Part shown: positions 52,770 to 62,284 of the stretch, piece after piece | Layout: each line of letters opens with the position of its first letter | Position numbering within the stretch: position 1 is the stretch's first letter | Virus record (IMG/VR): IMGVR_UViG_3300037312_000268 | Location: 23,418-87,417 of that record | Length of the DNA stretch: 64,000 nt | Reading direction: 5' to 3' (one strand) | Origin: a virus | Taxonomy: Duplodnaviria; Caudoviricetes | Made by a program: the position numbers and the translations under genes | The notes under the pieces: model-generated | Told to the model about the DNA's origin: nothing | Seen by the model: only the letters and a program-made list of their open reading frames with translations | The model's database searches: none

Positions 52770-53118
52770 TCAGACTCCTTGTCATCTAACCACGCATATA
52801 ATTCAAGCATCTTAGTGCGAAATTCAGCAAGTTCATCGATTAGGGTGTTCAGCTTATGCAGATTGTTTTCTCGATTTTCTTCCAAGCTTCCAGAGAAGTC
52901 TAGGGAAATTTTACGGTTGCAATCGGTGATGCTGAAGTAGGAACTTATATATTTTTCACCGTCTGTTTCATACTGGCTCCCTTCTATGTCTGCTTCAAAA
53001 GCTGCCATGCCAGAGCCTTTGTTGAGGAACCCTCGCTTGTAGTGTTTCATATTCCCTCCTAAATTTGTTGACAGACCTATAGTAGCTCAGCTTTCGTAAG
53101 AATGCAAGCGCTTTCTAC

Positions 53119-53147
53119 AAATAAAAATGCCCCGCACTAGGCGAGGC
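53119..53147 (-). terminator. Rho-independent terminator
   Basis: GCCTCGC-CTAGT-GCGGGGC then T-rich. Confidence 0.7.
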
Positions 53148-53152
53148 GATGT

Positions 53153-53803
53153 TCATTCTACAGGTTGTTCTTGGACAGGCGCTTCAACTTTGATACGTTT
53201 AGTGCGCGGCTTCTTGGCAGGCTTCAGCTTCTCAGCGATGGCCTGCTTGATAGCATCGTCACGCTTTGCAAACCTGTCCATCGCTTCTTCTGCTGTAAGA
53301 TAAAATTCCTTACCATCCAGCACACGTACAATCTCGTTAGGAGTGAGGAAGTCCGCGTACACTTCACCAACAAGACGATGGATTGCTTTGGTGCTGTGAG
53401 ACACGTTAGCATCCATGTTGCCAGAGTGACCATAGAATCCGTAAGATGCCGTATGAATCATAATCGTAGTGTAAGGGTTAACATACACTTCATGAGCAAG
53501 CATCATAAGAATGGTGCCAGCGGAAGCCGTATCGGATTCCACATGCATGGCAATATAGGCATCAGTGTTGCGCATAGCTTCGATGAGGGGGATGATGGCG
53601 TGTAGTGCACCTCCGTTGGTTGACAACCTGATGTGTGCAATATCACCTTCTTGTGCATTGTCCAGATAGTCAACCAGTTGTGCAAATTGGCTAACTTCAG
53701 TGAAGTCATCATTGATGGTGCACTTGTAGCACTGGTTGAGGGGTACAGCCATAACTTCAAACGGTTCAACATCACGTTTGAAGAGTTTCATAATATCAGA
53801 CAT
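53153..53803 (-). CDS. ClpP-like protease subunit
   Basis: STNGG, ASAGT, MIHT motifs. Confidence 0.85.
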   Translation of the reverse strand: MSDIMKLFKRDVEPFEVMAVPLNQCYKCTINDDFTEVSQFAQLVDYLDNAQEGDIAHIRLSTNGGALHAIIPLIEAMRNTDAYIAMHVESDTASAGTILMMLAHEVYVNPYTTIMIHTASYGFYGHSGNMDANVSHSTKAIHRLVGEVYADFLTPNEIVRVLDGKEFYLTAEEAMDRFAKRDDAIKQAIAEKLKPAKKPRTKRIKVEAPVQEQPVE

Positions 53804-53812
53804 CTTTCCTCC

Positions 53813-54592
53813 TTAGTTATAGTAATACATCTTGACGAATGCTCGGCACAGACCAGACCTTACAACATCCTCTGGTGTAAACTCTACCACACCAATGTTC
53901 TGCGTCATGCAGTGAATGTCTTCGTCAATAAGATAGTCGGGCATCTTGCCAAGAGCATTGTCAATTAGTCCAATAGTCTCCATCAGCCCGCTCTTACCCT
54001 TCAGGTCATTCTGCTTTTGGTCGCCTGTCAGAACAAGCTGGCACCCATCTCCAATGCGGGTAAGAATGGCTTCAAGTTCTTCTTTCGTAAGATTCTGACT
54101 TTCCTCCACGATCACAAGAGCGTTCTCAATACTCATGCCACGAATGTGCTCCACACTCAGCATTTCCACTTTCTTACTCGTCAGGCAATAGCCGAGGAAT
54201 CCTTTGCCCATGAACTTGCCAAGATGTTCAAGAGTTTGTTTGAAGAATGGAAGCAGCTTTTCTTCCAGAGTGCCGGGAAGGGCACCATTGCTCTTGCCTG
54301 TAGAAACATTGGCGCGAACAAGAAAAATCTTATCAATCTTCTTGTTTCGCAATTGTTCAGAACCGTGATAGGCAGCAAGGAAAGACTTGCCTGTGCCAGC
54401 AGAGCCAATAGCAAAAACAACTTGCCTACCTTCTTGCAGGTATTGCAGAAGTGTTTTCTGTCGAGGATTAGCAGGTTTGATAGTAAGTTGTTTTTGTTGC
54501 AAAGGAACAACAACCTCACCAGCAACCACTTCTACAACAGGTTGCTCACCAGTTTTCTGCTTACGTGTAAGACGCTTAGCATTGTTGGACAT
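53813..54592 (-). CDS. phoH: PhoH-like ATPase
   Basis: GSAGTGKS, IRGMSI, EESQN, TRIG, GD.KQ.D. Confidence 0.93.
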   Translation of the reverse strand: MSNNAKRLTRKQKTGEQPVVEVVAGEVVVPLQQKQLTIKPANPRQKTLLQYLQEGRQVVFAIGSAGTGKSFLAAYHGSEQLRNKKIDKIFLVRANVSTGKSNGALPGTLEEKLLPFFKQTLEHLGKFMGKGFLGYCLTSKKVEMLSVEHIRGMSIENALVIVEESQNLTKEELEAILTRIGDGCQLVLTGDQKQNDLKGKSGLMETIGLIDNALGKMPDYLIDEDIHCMTQNIGVVEFTPEDVVRSGLCRAFVKMYYYN

Positions 54593-55840
54593 TAGTTATC
54601 CTCATAAACGTTAATAGGAATGCCCAACATATTTGTCAGACATTCCAATCTTATACTACGAATTGCTATCTGTCAATCATGAGATTCCAGCCATGTAACA
54701 TCACTAGAGTAGACCCGTTCCTGAATTTCTGCGCAAGTGATGTATAAAGTTGCAATAAATTCGTTGTCTAAAATGTCAACACAAGCGATATCTTTGATGT
54801 GATAAAAGTGGTAATCGTATTTAATAACAGTACCTTGTCGAAGCTTCCAAACGTCTACTTCAGCATTACTGAACTGCACCTTCATCCGTGTCCTCCTTGT
54901 CCTTGTTGATTTTCTTAGCTTTACGAGCATTAGCCATAATTTCCTGACGCTTCTCTTTGGTGATAGGTTCACGAGCACCTTCACCACCTTCCAAATTGGC
55001 CTTAGCGGCAGCTACAGTAGCTGCTGTACGAATCATGTGTACTTCATATAGAAAGAAGTTGTAGAACGGGGGGCGAGTTTTATCGCGCACCCAGCCATAC
55101 GCTGCATACTTGATCGCTTCGTCCATGATTTCTTCAAAGTTGGGTGTGACAAAGCTTTTGTGTTCTACAGCAGCTTCTTTGGAGTTGGTTTCAGTGATTT
55201 CGCTCATTTAGTTTCCTTCTGTTGGTTAATAATCTTACGTGTTTTGCGAACTGGAGTGTTGTCATCCACATAAATCTCTGCAAATCTCAGGTCTTCAAAG
55301 TCTGCAATGTTTCGTTCTTGGCGGGAGGCTTCCTCTACAATGTCCTCTAGTAGAGTCATCCAGCGCCCCGCTGCACCACTGCCATAATCGCCCTACGGGC
55401 TGGTGCACGGAACACTTGTGTGCGAACAATGGAAATGGCGTCACTGTAAGACTCTACGTGGTTTACATTGTATTTCACGAGTTTTCCTTCTTCGTGGAAG
55501 TACACTTTCACATTATTCAGCATCATAATCCTCTTGTTTGAGTTGTTGCATCTTTGCAACATACATGTTTGGTTTACTCTTTGGTGCGAAACGGCCACAT
55601 AATGGCGTGCCATCCTCGTCTACAACAATGAAGCTCTCACGAGTACGTTGCAGAGAGCTAGTGTCAACAATCTTACCGTTATGTCCGAATACGATCATTT
55701 TCTTCTCCTTGAAATCCTTGCAAAACAGCAAGTGAAGTGGATAGTACACCGAGTATGATCTGCTGTCAAGCCCTAAAATTGACAAGAATGGGGACCACTG
55801 ATACAATTCTTATCAGTTAAGAATATAAGGAGGTGTTCAC

Positions 55841-56212
55841 ATGGGTGAACTTGTACCAACAAAGCAACAAGCTATTTTTAAGAAGGATCATGAACTTAAG
55901 AAGCTTGTAAGCAGCTTGAAGAAGATTAGTAAGAAGGCTATCGAGACACTAGAGAAGGGTTTGGACAGCCAAGATGAGCGCGTGCGTATGATTGCAGCGG
56001 AGAAGTTGCTGAAGTTTTATGTAGATACGGCTAACGAGGTTAATGCCGACGAGTTGAAGCGTTTGCTTCTAGAGGTGAAGGCAAGTGGTCTGATTGGCGC
56101 TGGCTCTACAGCCCAGAATGACGATGATATACCAGCGTTGGATTTTGACAACATTTCTGAAGAATTCAGGGATGCTCCTGTAATCGACATGGGCACGGTA
56201 AATAGTATTTAG
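55841..56212 (+). CDS. Probable terminase small subunit
   Basis: Helical 123 aa protein at the start of the late block, upstream of terL; promoter at 55779. Confidence 0.45.
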   Translation: MGELVPTKQQAIFKKDHELKKLVSSLKKISKKAIETLEKGLDSQDERVRMIAAEKLLKFYVDTANEVNADELKRLLLEVKASGLIGAGSTAQNDDDIPALDFDNISEEFRDAPVIDMGTVNSI

Positions 56213-56540
56213 TTGCTTCGCATCTAAGAGTTGACAAGAATCTTGTCTTATGCCATAATACGTTTGTTGAGGAAATCACGCATCGGCCTACGACTTAACC
56301 GGGTGCAGATTGTCAACGAAAAACAGGTGAGTCACTACCTTTAAGTGTGGACTTGAAATAGCCTCCCCTAGAATACGTACTGTGCTTTTAGACTTGTGGG
56401 CTTCTTAGAGTATGCCTTTAACTCTTACAGAATTGGCAATCGCTTCTCACGAGGCGGTTTTAGAAGGTGTTCTCCTATGATGACGCTGCCCCTCCTCGGA
56501 AGATTCGGTGGATTGAGCACCTCCTAAAATTAAAGTTTCC

Positions 56541-56623
56541 GCCCCTTTCCCATAGCGGTCGATTGGACTTGACTTGTAATCAAGCTGCGAGAGCACACGT
56601 AGGTTCAAATCCTACAGGGGGCA
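56541..56623 (+). tRNA. tRNA-Thr(UGU) with long variable arm; no encoded CCA
   Basis: Cloverleaf folded by hand: GCCCCTT/AGGGGGC, loop CTTGTAA, T arm GTAGG-TTCAAAT-CCTAC, 14 nt variable region. Confidence 0.8.
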
Positions 56624-56778
56624 TAGTACAAAGGCCTTCCTCCGTAGAACAGCGAAAGCTCGGCTGGAAGGTTATTTATAGAAATGGGAAGACGTTCCCT
56701 CAAGTCTTCGGAGGGCAACCCTCTGCCGCAGATGCTCCAAAGGTGCTGCGATCAAGGTTGACACGGAGCACGAACAAT

Positions 56779-56851
56779 AGCGGGGTAGTGTAACGGCAGC
56801 ACGTCAGCCTCATAAGCTGACAGTCCAGTTCGATTCTGGCGACCGCAACCA
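56779..56851 (+). tRNA. tRNA with CAU anticodon (Met or Ile2), CCA encoded
   Basis: TCAGC-CTCATAA-GCTGA, TTCGATT T loop; acceptor-stem mismatches. Confidence 0.75.
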
Positions 56852-56856
56852 AACAT

Positions 56857-56930
56857 GCGGGCTTGGTATAGTGGCTGTGCCATAGCCTTCCAAGCTATTG
56901 AGGCGGGATCATTCCCCGCAGCCCGCTCCA
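56857..56930 (+). tRNA. tRNA-Gly(UCC), CCA encoded
   Basis: GCGGGCT/AGCCCGC, loop CTTCCAA, U73; atypical T loop ATCATTC. Confidence 0.85.
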
Positions 56931-57031
56931 TTCTCTACTACCTTAGAGACTGTTAGCCTTGCGGCTGACGAGGCTTCTACGAGAAGCTAAGAGGGCGTGG
57001 AATTCGCCCCACATGAACACAAGGAGAAAAT

Positions 57032-57223
57032 ATGTCTGATGATACAAAAACATTCTATGCTGACGCCGGTAAGGGCGATAGGCCACGCGGAACAGGTTGG
57101 AAGAATTATTACGATAATTTTGATAACATCTTCGGTAAGAAAGATGAGTCTGTAAAAGAAGAAGCTGGTTGCGGTACTACTGTCGAGGTTGTCAACGATG
57201 TTTCCAAAGCCGACGAGGGCTGA
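57032..57223 (+). CDS. Small hypothetical protein in the tRNA cluster
   Basis: AGGAG RBS; GKG.RPR...Y.DNFD.IF pattern. Confidence 0.65.
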   Translation: MSDDTKTFYADAGKGDRPRGTGWKNYYDNFDNIFGKKDESVKEEAGCGTTVEVVNDVSKADEG

Positions 57224-57440
57224 CATCGGTTGGGAAACCAACTAATTCTCGTAACGAAAGATGTGGCAGATAGGTGACTCCACGTTAAAAACATAAGCGC
57301 CTGAAGTTAGAAGGTTTTGCTCAAGGGACTAGCTCCGACGAGCATACTCCGCGAAAGCGGATTAGTGGAGAGGGGTGCGTACTGGCATCTGAAGATCACA
57401 GGCGGGCAGGGTAGCGCTGTGGCACCGAATACTAAAGGGA

Positions 57441-57478
57441 GGCTGCACGGCAGGAATGCTGTGTGGCTTTTTGTTGTT
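57441..57478 (+). terminator. Rho-independent terminator ending the tRNA/ncRNA unit
   Basis: 12 bp hairpin with GGAA loop then T-tract. Confidence 0.8.
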
Positions 57479-57556
57479 TACAAAACCCAGTGAGATTATC
57501 ATATTTGGAAGTGCTCAAATTTGACAAGAATCTTATCTGCTGCTATAATGTAATTT

Positions 57557-58303
57557 TTGGCGGAGGTAAGAATGGGTAAGAAATCAAATTTGACGGGATT
57601 GAAATTTGGCAGACTGACTGGTATTTCAGAAGCGGGCAAGAACGACAAGGGTGCAACTCTCTGGCGATTTGCTTGTGATTGTGGAGCAGAGGTGGTTGCA
57701 ATTGGAGCTTCTGTCAAATATGGAAATACTTCAAGCTGCGGTTGTTTAAAGGCCGAGGTCACCGCTTTGAGAAACACAACTCATGCAATGAGTAAGCACC
57801 CTGCCTACGAAAATTGGAAGAGTATGTTTAAGCGCTGCTATAACAAGAATGACAAGCGTTACGAATACTATGGCGCAAGAGGCATCGGAGTTGACCCGCA
57901 TTTCAACTACTTCCCAAATTTCTTAGCTGAGATTGGAGAAAAACCCAGCGAGGACACGACGTGGACGGTGGGTAGGAAAGACAATAATCTAGGCTACCAG
58001 CCGGGAAATATCAGATGGGAAACGACCGCCGAGCAAGCCCGTAATCATTCTATGCAAAAGAATAACACGAGCGGTATTGTTGGAGTAAAGTTGGAAATTA
58101 AGATAAACAAGCACGGTAGGTATGGAAGTTGGGTTGCATATTATAAAGATCATACTGGAAGGTCTGTGACCAAGAATTTTAGTATCAACAAATACGGATA
58201 CGAAGAGGCCAAAAGGCTTGCAGTACAAGCACGTGAGGAGGGTTTGAGGCGATTAGAAGAACAAGGAATCGTTTATGCAGAGACTCACGGCGCCCCTAAA
58301 TAA
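57557..58303 (+). CDS. Free-standing HNH-AP2 homing endonuclease (paralog of 4610-5299)
   Basis: CDCG, SCGC, YYGARGI, GY.PGNIRW; promoter TTGACA-17-TATAAT at 57521. Confidence 0.88.
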   Translation: MAEVRMGKKSNLTGLKFGRLTGISEAGKNDKGATLWRFACDCGAEVVAIGASVKYGNTSSCGCLKAEVTALRNTTHAMSKHPAYENWKSMFKRCYNKNDKRYEYYGARGIGVDPHFNYFPNFLAEIGEKPSEDTTWTVGRKDNNLGYQPGNIRWETTAEQARNHSMQKNNTSGIVGVKLEIKINKHGRYGSWVAYYKDHTGRSVTKNFSINKYGYEEAKRLAVQAREEGLRRLEEQGIVYAETHGAPK

Positions 58304-58312
58304 AGGAGAATT

Positions 58313-59976
58313 ATGAATAAAAAACAGAAGACAGTGCTGGGTCCAGACAGCCCTACGCACAAAGCCTTCCTTGATTGTACAAGTGACTACATTATTTTTG
58401 GTGGTAAACTGTCTGCCTCCAAGTAAAAACATCTCTCTAATTCAGGGAAACTCTCAACGAGACAATCCTGAGCGAAGCCTATAAATAGGAACGTGCAACG
58501 ACTAGCTGAAAAGCGTAGGGCTAAGCGGCCCGAAACGGGAGACTCCGAAAGGATGAAGATATAGTCTGAACATTGCAGCGATGCAGTGCAGCCAAATCGG
58601 CGGGACGAGGTTAGCGCCCTCGTCTGAACACAATGGGCGCAGGCTGCGGAAAATCTCACCAAGCACTACTCAAGGTACTTAAGTACAAAGACGATCCAAA
58701 CTTCCGCGCAGTTTTTATCCGCGAAACAAGCACTCAGCTTTCTCAAGCAGGTGGATTGTATCAAGAAGCTGAGAAGATGTGGAAGCAATTTGGTGCTAGA
58801 TTTAAGACGCACCCTCAAATGACCGCTGTGTTCCCATCTGGTGCACAAGTGCAGTTTAAAGTTTGTGGTGCAGACCGTGATATCTCCAACTACGACGGTG
58901 GTCAGTTCTCTCTAGTGGTATTTGACGAGGCTCAGAACCACACAGACGTGCAGATTCGATATCTTGAGTCTCGTATTCGTTCTCAGGCTAAAGGTCCGCA
59001 CCAACTTATCGCAACATGCAACCCTAGGCGTGATAGCCATCTTATGCCTTTCGTGAATTGGTATCTGGATCAAGACACAGGTATTCCTATTCCTGAACGT
59101 TCTGGTGTTGAGCGTTATTACGCTTCGTACAACGGCACGATGGTGTTTGCTGACACTAAAGAAGAACTCATCGAAACCTATCCCGGCGTACGTCCACAGT
59201 CCTACACTTTCATCAGTGCCACTATTCGGGATAACCCGAGGATGAAAGTGCTGAATCCCGGCTACGTGGCCCGTCTGGAGAACCTTAAGCGAGTTGAGCG
59301 CGAACGTCTTCTGCTTGGCTCTTGGTTTGCTAAGGAAGAATCTTCCGGTTATTTCAAACGAGATTGGTGTGAGATTGTTGACAAGGTTCCTGCACAGATT
59401 GTAAATCGTGCACGCGGAATGGACTTAGCCAGTACACTTCGGTCTGAGAGCAATCCCAACCCTGACTGGACTGCATCCACTCGTATCTCCAAGGGAAAAG
59501 ACGGATTCTACTACGTTGAGCATGTAGAGCGATATAGAAAGCTTACCCACGGAGTTCTTGAAGAAATTGCCAAGTGCGCTATCAAAGACCGTGACGAACT
59601 GGGACAACAAGTTCCAGTGTTTATTCCGAAAGACCCCGGCGCTGGTGGTGCAGCAGCTAATATGTTCTTCATTAAAACTCTAGTGGAGAATGGTGTAGAT
59701 GCTCGCACAGAGGTTGTTACAGGGCATTCCGGTAAACTTACTAGAATGCAACCTTTTCTGTCTCTTGCGGAAGCTGGACTTGTCCGGGTAGTTAGGGGCG
59801 AATGGAACGAAATGTGGTTCAACGAGCTAGAAGATTATATTGATGGCAACAGAAACCAGAAGGACGACATGTGGGATAGCACTGCTACGGCTTGTAAGGC
59901 TGTTATGAAACAGATTACTATTCCGTCGTTTACTTTGTCTGTGAATACACAGCCGTCGCCTATTCCCTCTCTATAA
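58313..59976 (+). CDS. terL: Terminase large subunit, spliced: exon 1 58313-58405, exon 2 58636-59976
   Basis: Splicing restores Walker A FGG|GAGCGKS; FDEAQ Walker B; DLAS and KDDMWD nuclease motifs. Confidence 0.93.
58406..58635 (+). mobile_element. Group I intron, 230 nt, no internal ORF
   Basis: P AATTCAGGGAA, Q AATCCTGAGC, R GTGCAACGACTA, S AAGATATAGTC; U-G pair in P1; terminal G. Confidence 0.92.
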
Positions 59977-60052
59977 TACCATAAGGTTGCACAATGTTGA
60001 CAAGAATCAGTTGCAATGGTACAATTCGTGCTAGTAAAGAAAAGGAGCAATA

Positions 60053-61534
60053 ATGGCCGCTAAAAAGAAGCCACAAGACAATACGGCTGCTCTAGCGGCT
60101 GATGAAGGCATGCCTGTCCCTCGGATTTCTTTGGGTGAAACGGGTTTTGTTGGAACTCGCACAGTTTGGGGACGAGTAATCGATGACCCGCAGCGTGCAT
60201 TCCACTGGCCTAATTTTTACCGTACAGTCCGGGAAATGATGAATGACGCAGTTATTGCGTCTGCATTCAATACCTACCGCATGCTCCTGTCCCGCGTAAA
60301 GTGGTCAGTTGAGCCTCCTGAGAATCCTACGGAAGAAGACAAAGCCCGCGCCAAGTTCGTGCAATCCTGCATGGACGACATGGAAGAGAGTTGGGCAACC
60401 TTCCTGTCAGATACTATCACATATCTGCAATATGGATTTGCTGTAGAAGAGAAGGTGTACCGTCGCCGCCTGTATAAGAATGGTAGCAAATTTAATGACG
60501 GTCTTGTCGGACTTCGTAAACTTTCTCCTCGTGGACAAGACACTATTGTACGGTGGACTTTTACGGAAGATGGTCGTGAATTGATAGGTTGTGAACAATC
60601 TATTTACAATCTTGAGCATGGTGCCATGTTTATGGACCAGACTAACGAACACGGTCTTATCCCAATCAAACGTGAAAAATTTATGCTGTTTAGGGCAGAC
60701 CCAACAAAAGGCGACCCTACGGGCAACTCCGTACTGAAAAACGTGTACAAAGCGTGGAAGCAAATGGACATGTTGCGTGACCAAGAATTACTTGGAATTG
60801 CTAAAGAGTCCAACGGGCTTCCGCTTATTAAGTTGCCACCTGAATTTATGGCAGCAGATGCACCTGACGATATGAAGATGGTGTACCAGACATGCCAAAA
60901 GTTGCTAGATACAATTCAAGCAGGTACTAACAAGGGTATTATTTTCCCTCGCAGGTTAGATGAAAAAGGTAACGACCTTTTCGATATCAGCCTCATGGAG
61001 AAAAAGGGCGTCAACGGTGTAAACATTGACAATGTTATTAAGCGATATCACACCGAAGTCTACTCTGCTCTTGGTATTGATATTCTTAAAGAAGTTGACC
61101 AAATTGGTTCGTTCTCTCTCGCTGACTCTAATACGAATCTTGTGTCGCTTGCAATGAGCCATCGTCTGAATGAGATTGCCGACGTGCTGAATAGTGATTT
61201 GGTGGTGCAATTATTCCAGTTGAATGGTTGGTCATTGGAAAGACTCCCTAAGTTTGTTTACGGCGACATCTCTGAAATGAGTGCAGATGAACTCGGAAAA
61301 TTGGCACAAAGAACAGGCAGTATCGGTCTAGTTCCTAAGAGTGTTGATGTTGTTAATCGTATTCTGCGTGCTATGGGTGTTACGGAACTTCCTGAAGATA
61401 CCAACATTGATGATGTTGAATTCACGATGGAGTCCAGTAATGCGGGCGAAGGCATGACTACACCGTACTCTGGAACCGCCAAGAAACCTACTAAGAAGGA
61501 TTCCAGTGCTAGTAATAATGAGAATGCGGCATAA
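60053..61534 (+). CDS. Portal protein
   Basis: 493 aa directly after terL; YLQYGFAVEEKVY, GSFSLAD patterns. Confidence 0.88.
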   Translation: MAAKKKPQDNTAALAADEGMPVPRISLGETGFVGTRTVWGRVIDDPQRAFHWPNFYRTVREMMNDAVIASAFNTYRMLLSRVKWSVEPPENPTEEDKARAKFVQSCMDDMEESWATFLSDTITYLQYGFAVEEKVYRRRLYKNGSKFNDGLVGLRKLSPRGQDTIVRWTFTEDGRELIGCEQSIYNLEHGAMFMDQTNEHGLIPIKREKFMLFRADPTKGDPTGNSVLKNVYKAWKQMDMLRDQELLGIAKESNGLPLIKLPPEFMAADAPDDMKMVYQTCQKLLDTIQAGTNKGIIFPRRLDEKGNDLFDISLMEKKGVNGVNIDNVIKRYHTEVYSALGIDILKEVDQIGSFSLADSNTNLVSLAMSHRLNEIADVLNSDLVVQLFQLNGWSLERLPKFVYGDISEMSADELGKLAQRTGSIGLVPKSVDVVNRILRAMGVTELPEDTNIDDVEFTMESSNAGEGMTTPYSGTAKKPTKKDSSASNNENAA

Positions 61535-61543
61535 GGAGAACTG

Positions 61544-62284
61544 ATGGCAGAAGTTTATTGGATTAGAACCAAAGAAATGACTGATATGTTTTCCGAGGGT
61601 TACATCGGATTCACCAGTAAAACTACAGAAGAACGATGGAAAGGTCATCTTAAGGAGGCTCGTGCTTCCCGTACTAAGAATTATCCAATCTACAATAACA
61701 TTCGTAAGTACGGCGATCAAATTGTTGTTTCCACGGTTGTTGTAGGCGGCGACGATTACTGTCTTGAGATTGAGCGAAAACTTCGTCCTGTAGTTAAGAT
61801 TGGTTGGAATCTACAAGCTGGTGGAAACAAGGGTTGCGATCCTACGTATTTTACTGAAGAAGTTAGAGCTAAGATTTCTGAGAAAGGTAAAGGCAGAGTT
61901 TTCTCTGAGGGGCATAAAGCTAAGATTGCTCTGGCGAACAAAAACCGCATCGTTTCTGAAGAGACTAAAGACCTTATGTCTGAACAAAGGCTAGGTAAGC
62001 CTAGACCTATTGGATCGTCGGATAAACAATCTGCAACTTTACAAGCCGAGCCGTGGCGGAATAGATCGGTTGTTGATAAAACAGTTTGGCTAATGGCTGA
62101 TAAAATTCACGAGTATTTCACAACTAACAATGTTGGCGAAAGGGCGCTTGCCAAGATTTTTGGTATTGACTCCGTTGGGAAGCTGCACACAATTGTTAAA
62201 AAGTTAAAGCAGGGCTGGAATCCTATGTTAGACGACAAGTGGCTCCTGTTCAAAGAAACCTATTCGGGAGGCTCTAATGTCTAA
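61544..62284 (+). CDS. GIY-YIG homing endonuclease with NUMOD3-like repeats
   Basis: VYWI...YIGFT..RW..H, GWNL..GG, SEETK.LMS. Confidence 0.85.
   Translation: MAEVYWIRTKEMTDMFSEGYIGFTSKTTEERWKGHLKEARASRTKNYPIYNNIRKYGDQIVVSTVVVGGDDYCLEIERKLRPVVKIGWNLQAGGNKGCDPTYFTEEVRAKISEKGKGRVFSEGHKAKIALANKNRIVSEETKDLMSEQRLGKPRPIGSSDKQSATLQAEPWRNRSVVDKTVWLMADKIHEYFTTNNVGERALAKIFGIDSVGKLHTIVKKLKQGWNPMLDDKWLLFKETYSGGSNV

Noticed and set aside
56460-56495. Fluoride riboswitch-like GGTGTTCTCC...TGATGACGC
   Set aside because: The required 5' GGnGATGG pairing strand is missing.
56960-56992. Hammerhead or glmS ribozyme (CTGACGAGG)
   Set aside because: The hammerhead GAAA after stem II is absent, and the glmS AGCGCC and TTATCGAA elements are absent.
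56268-57495. RNase P RNA or tmRNA (GAGGAAA..., ACAAAACCC...)
   Set aside because: The partial motifs are 1.2 kb apart with tRNAs between them; no tmRNA ends or tag frame were found.
58633-58635. ATG as the true TerL start
   Set aside because: There is no RBS, it would truncate the ATPase N-terminus, and its G is the intron terminal G.
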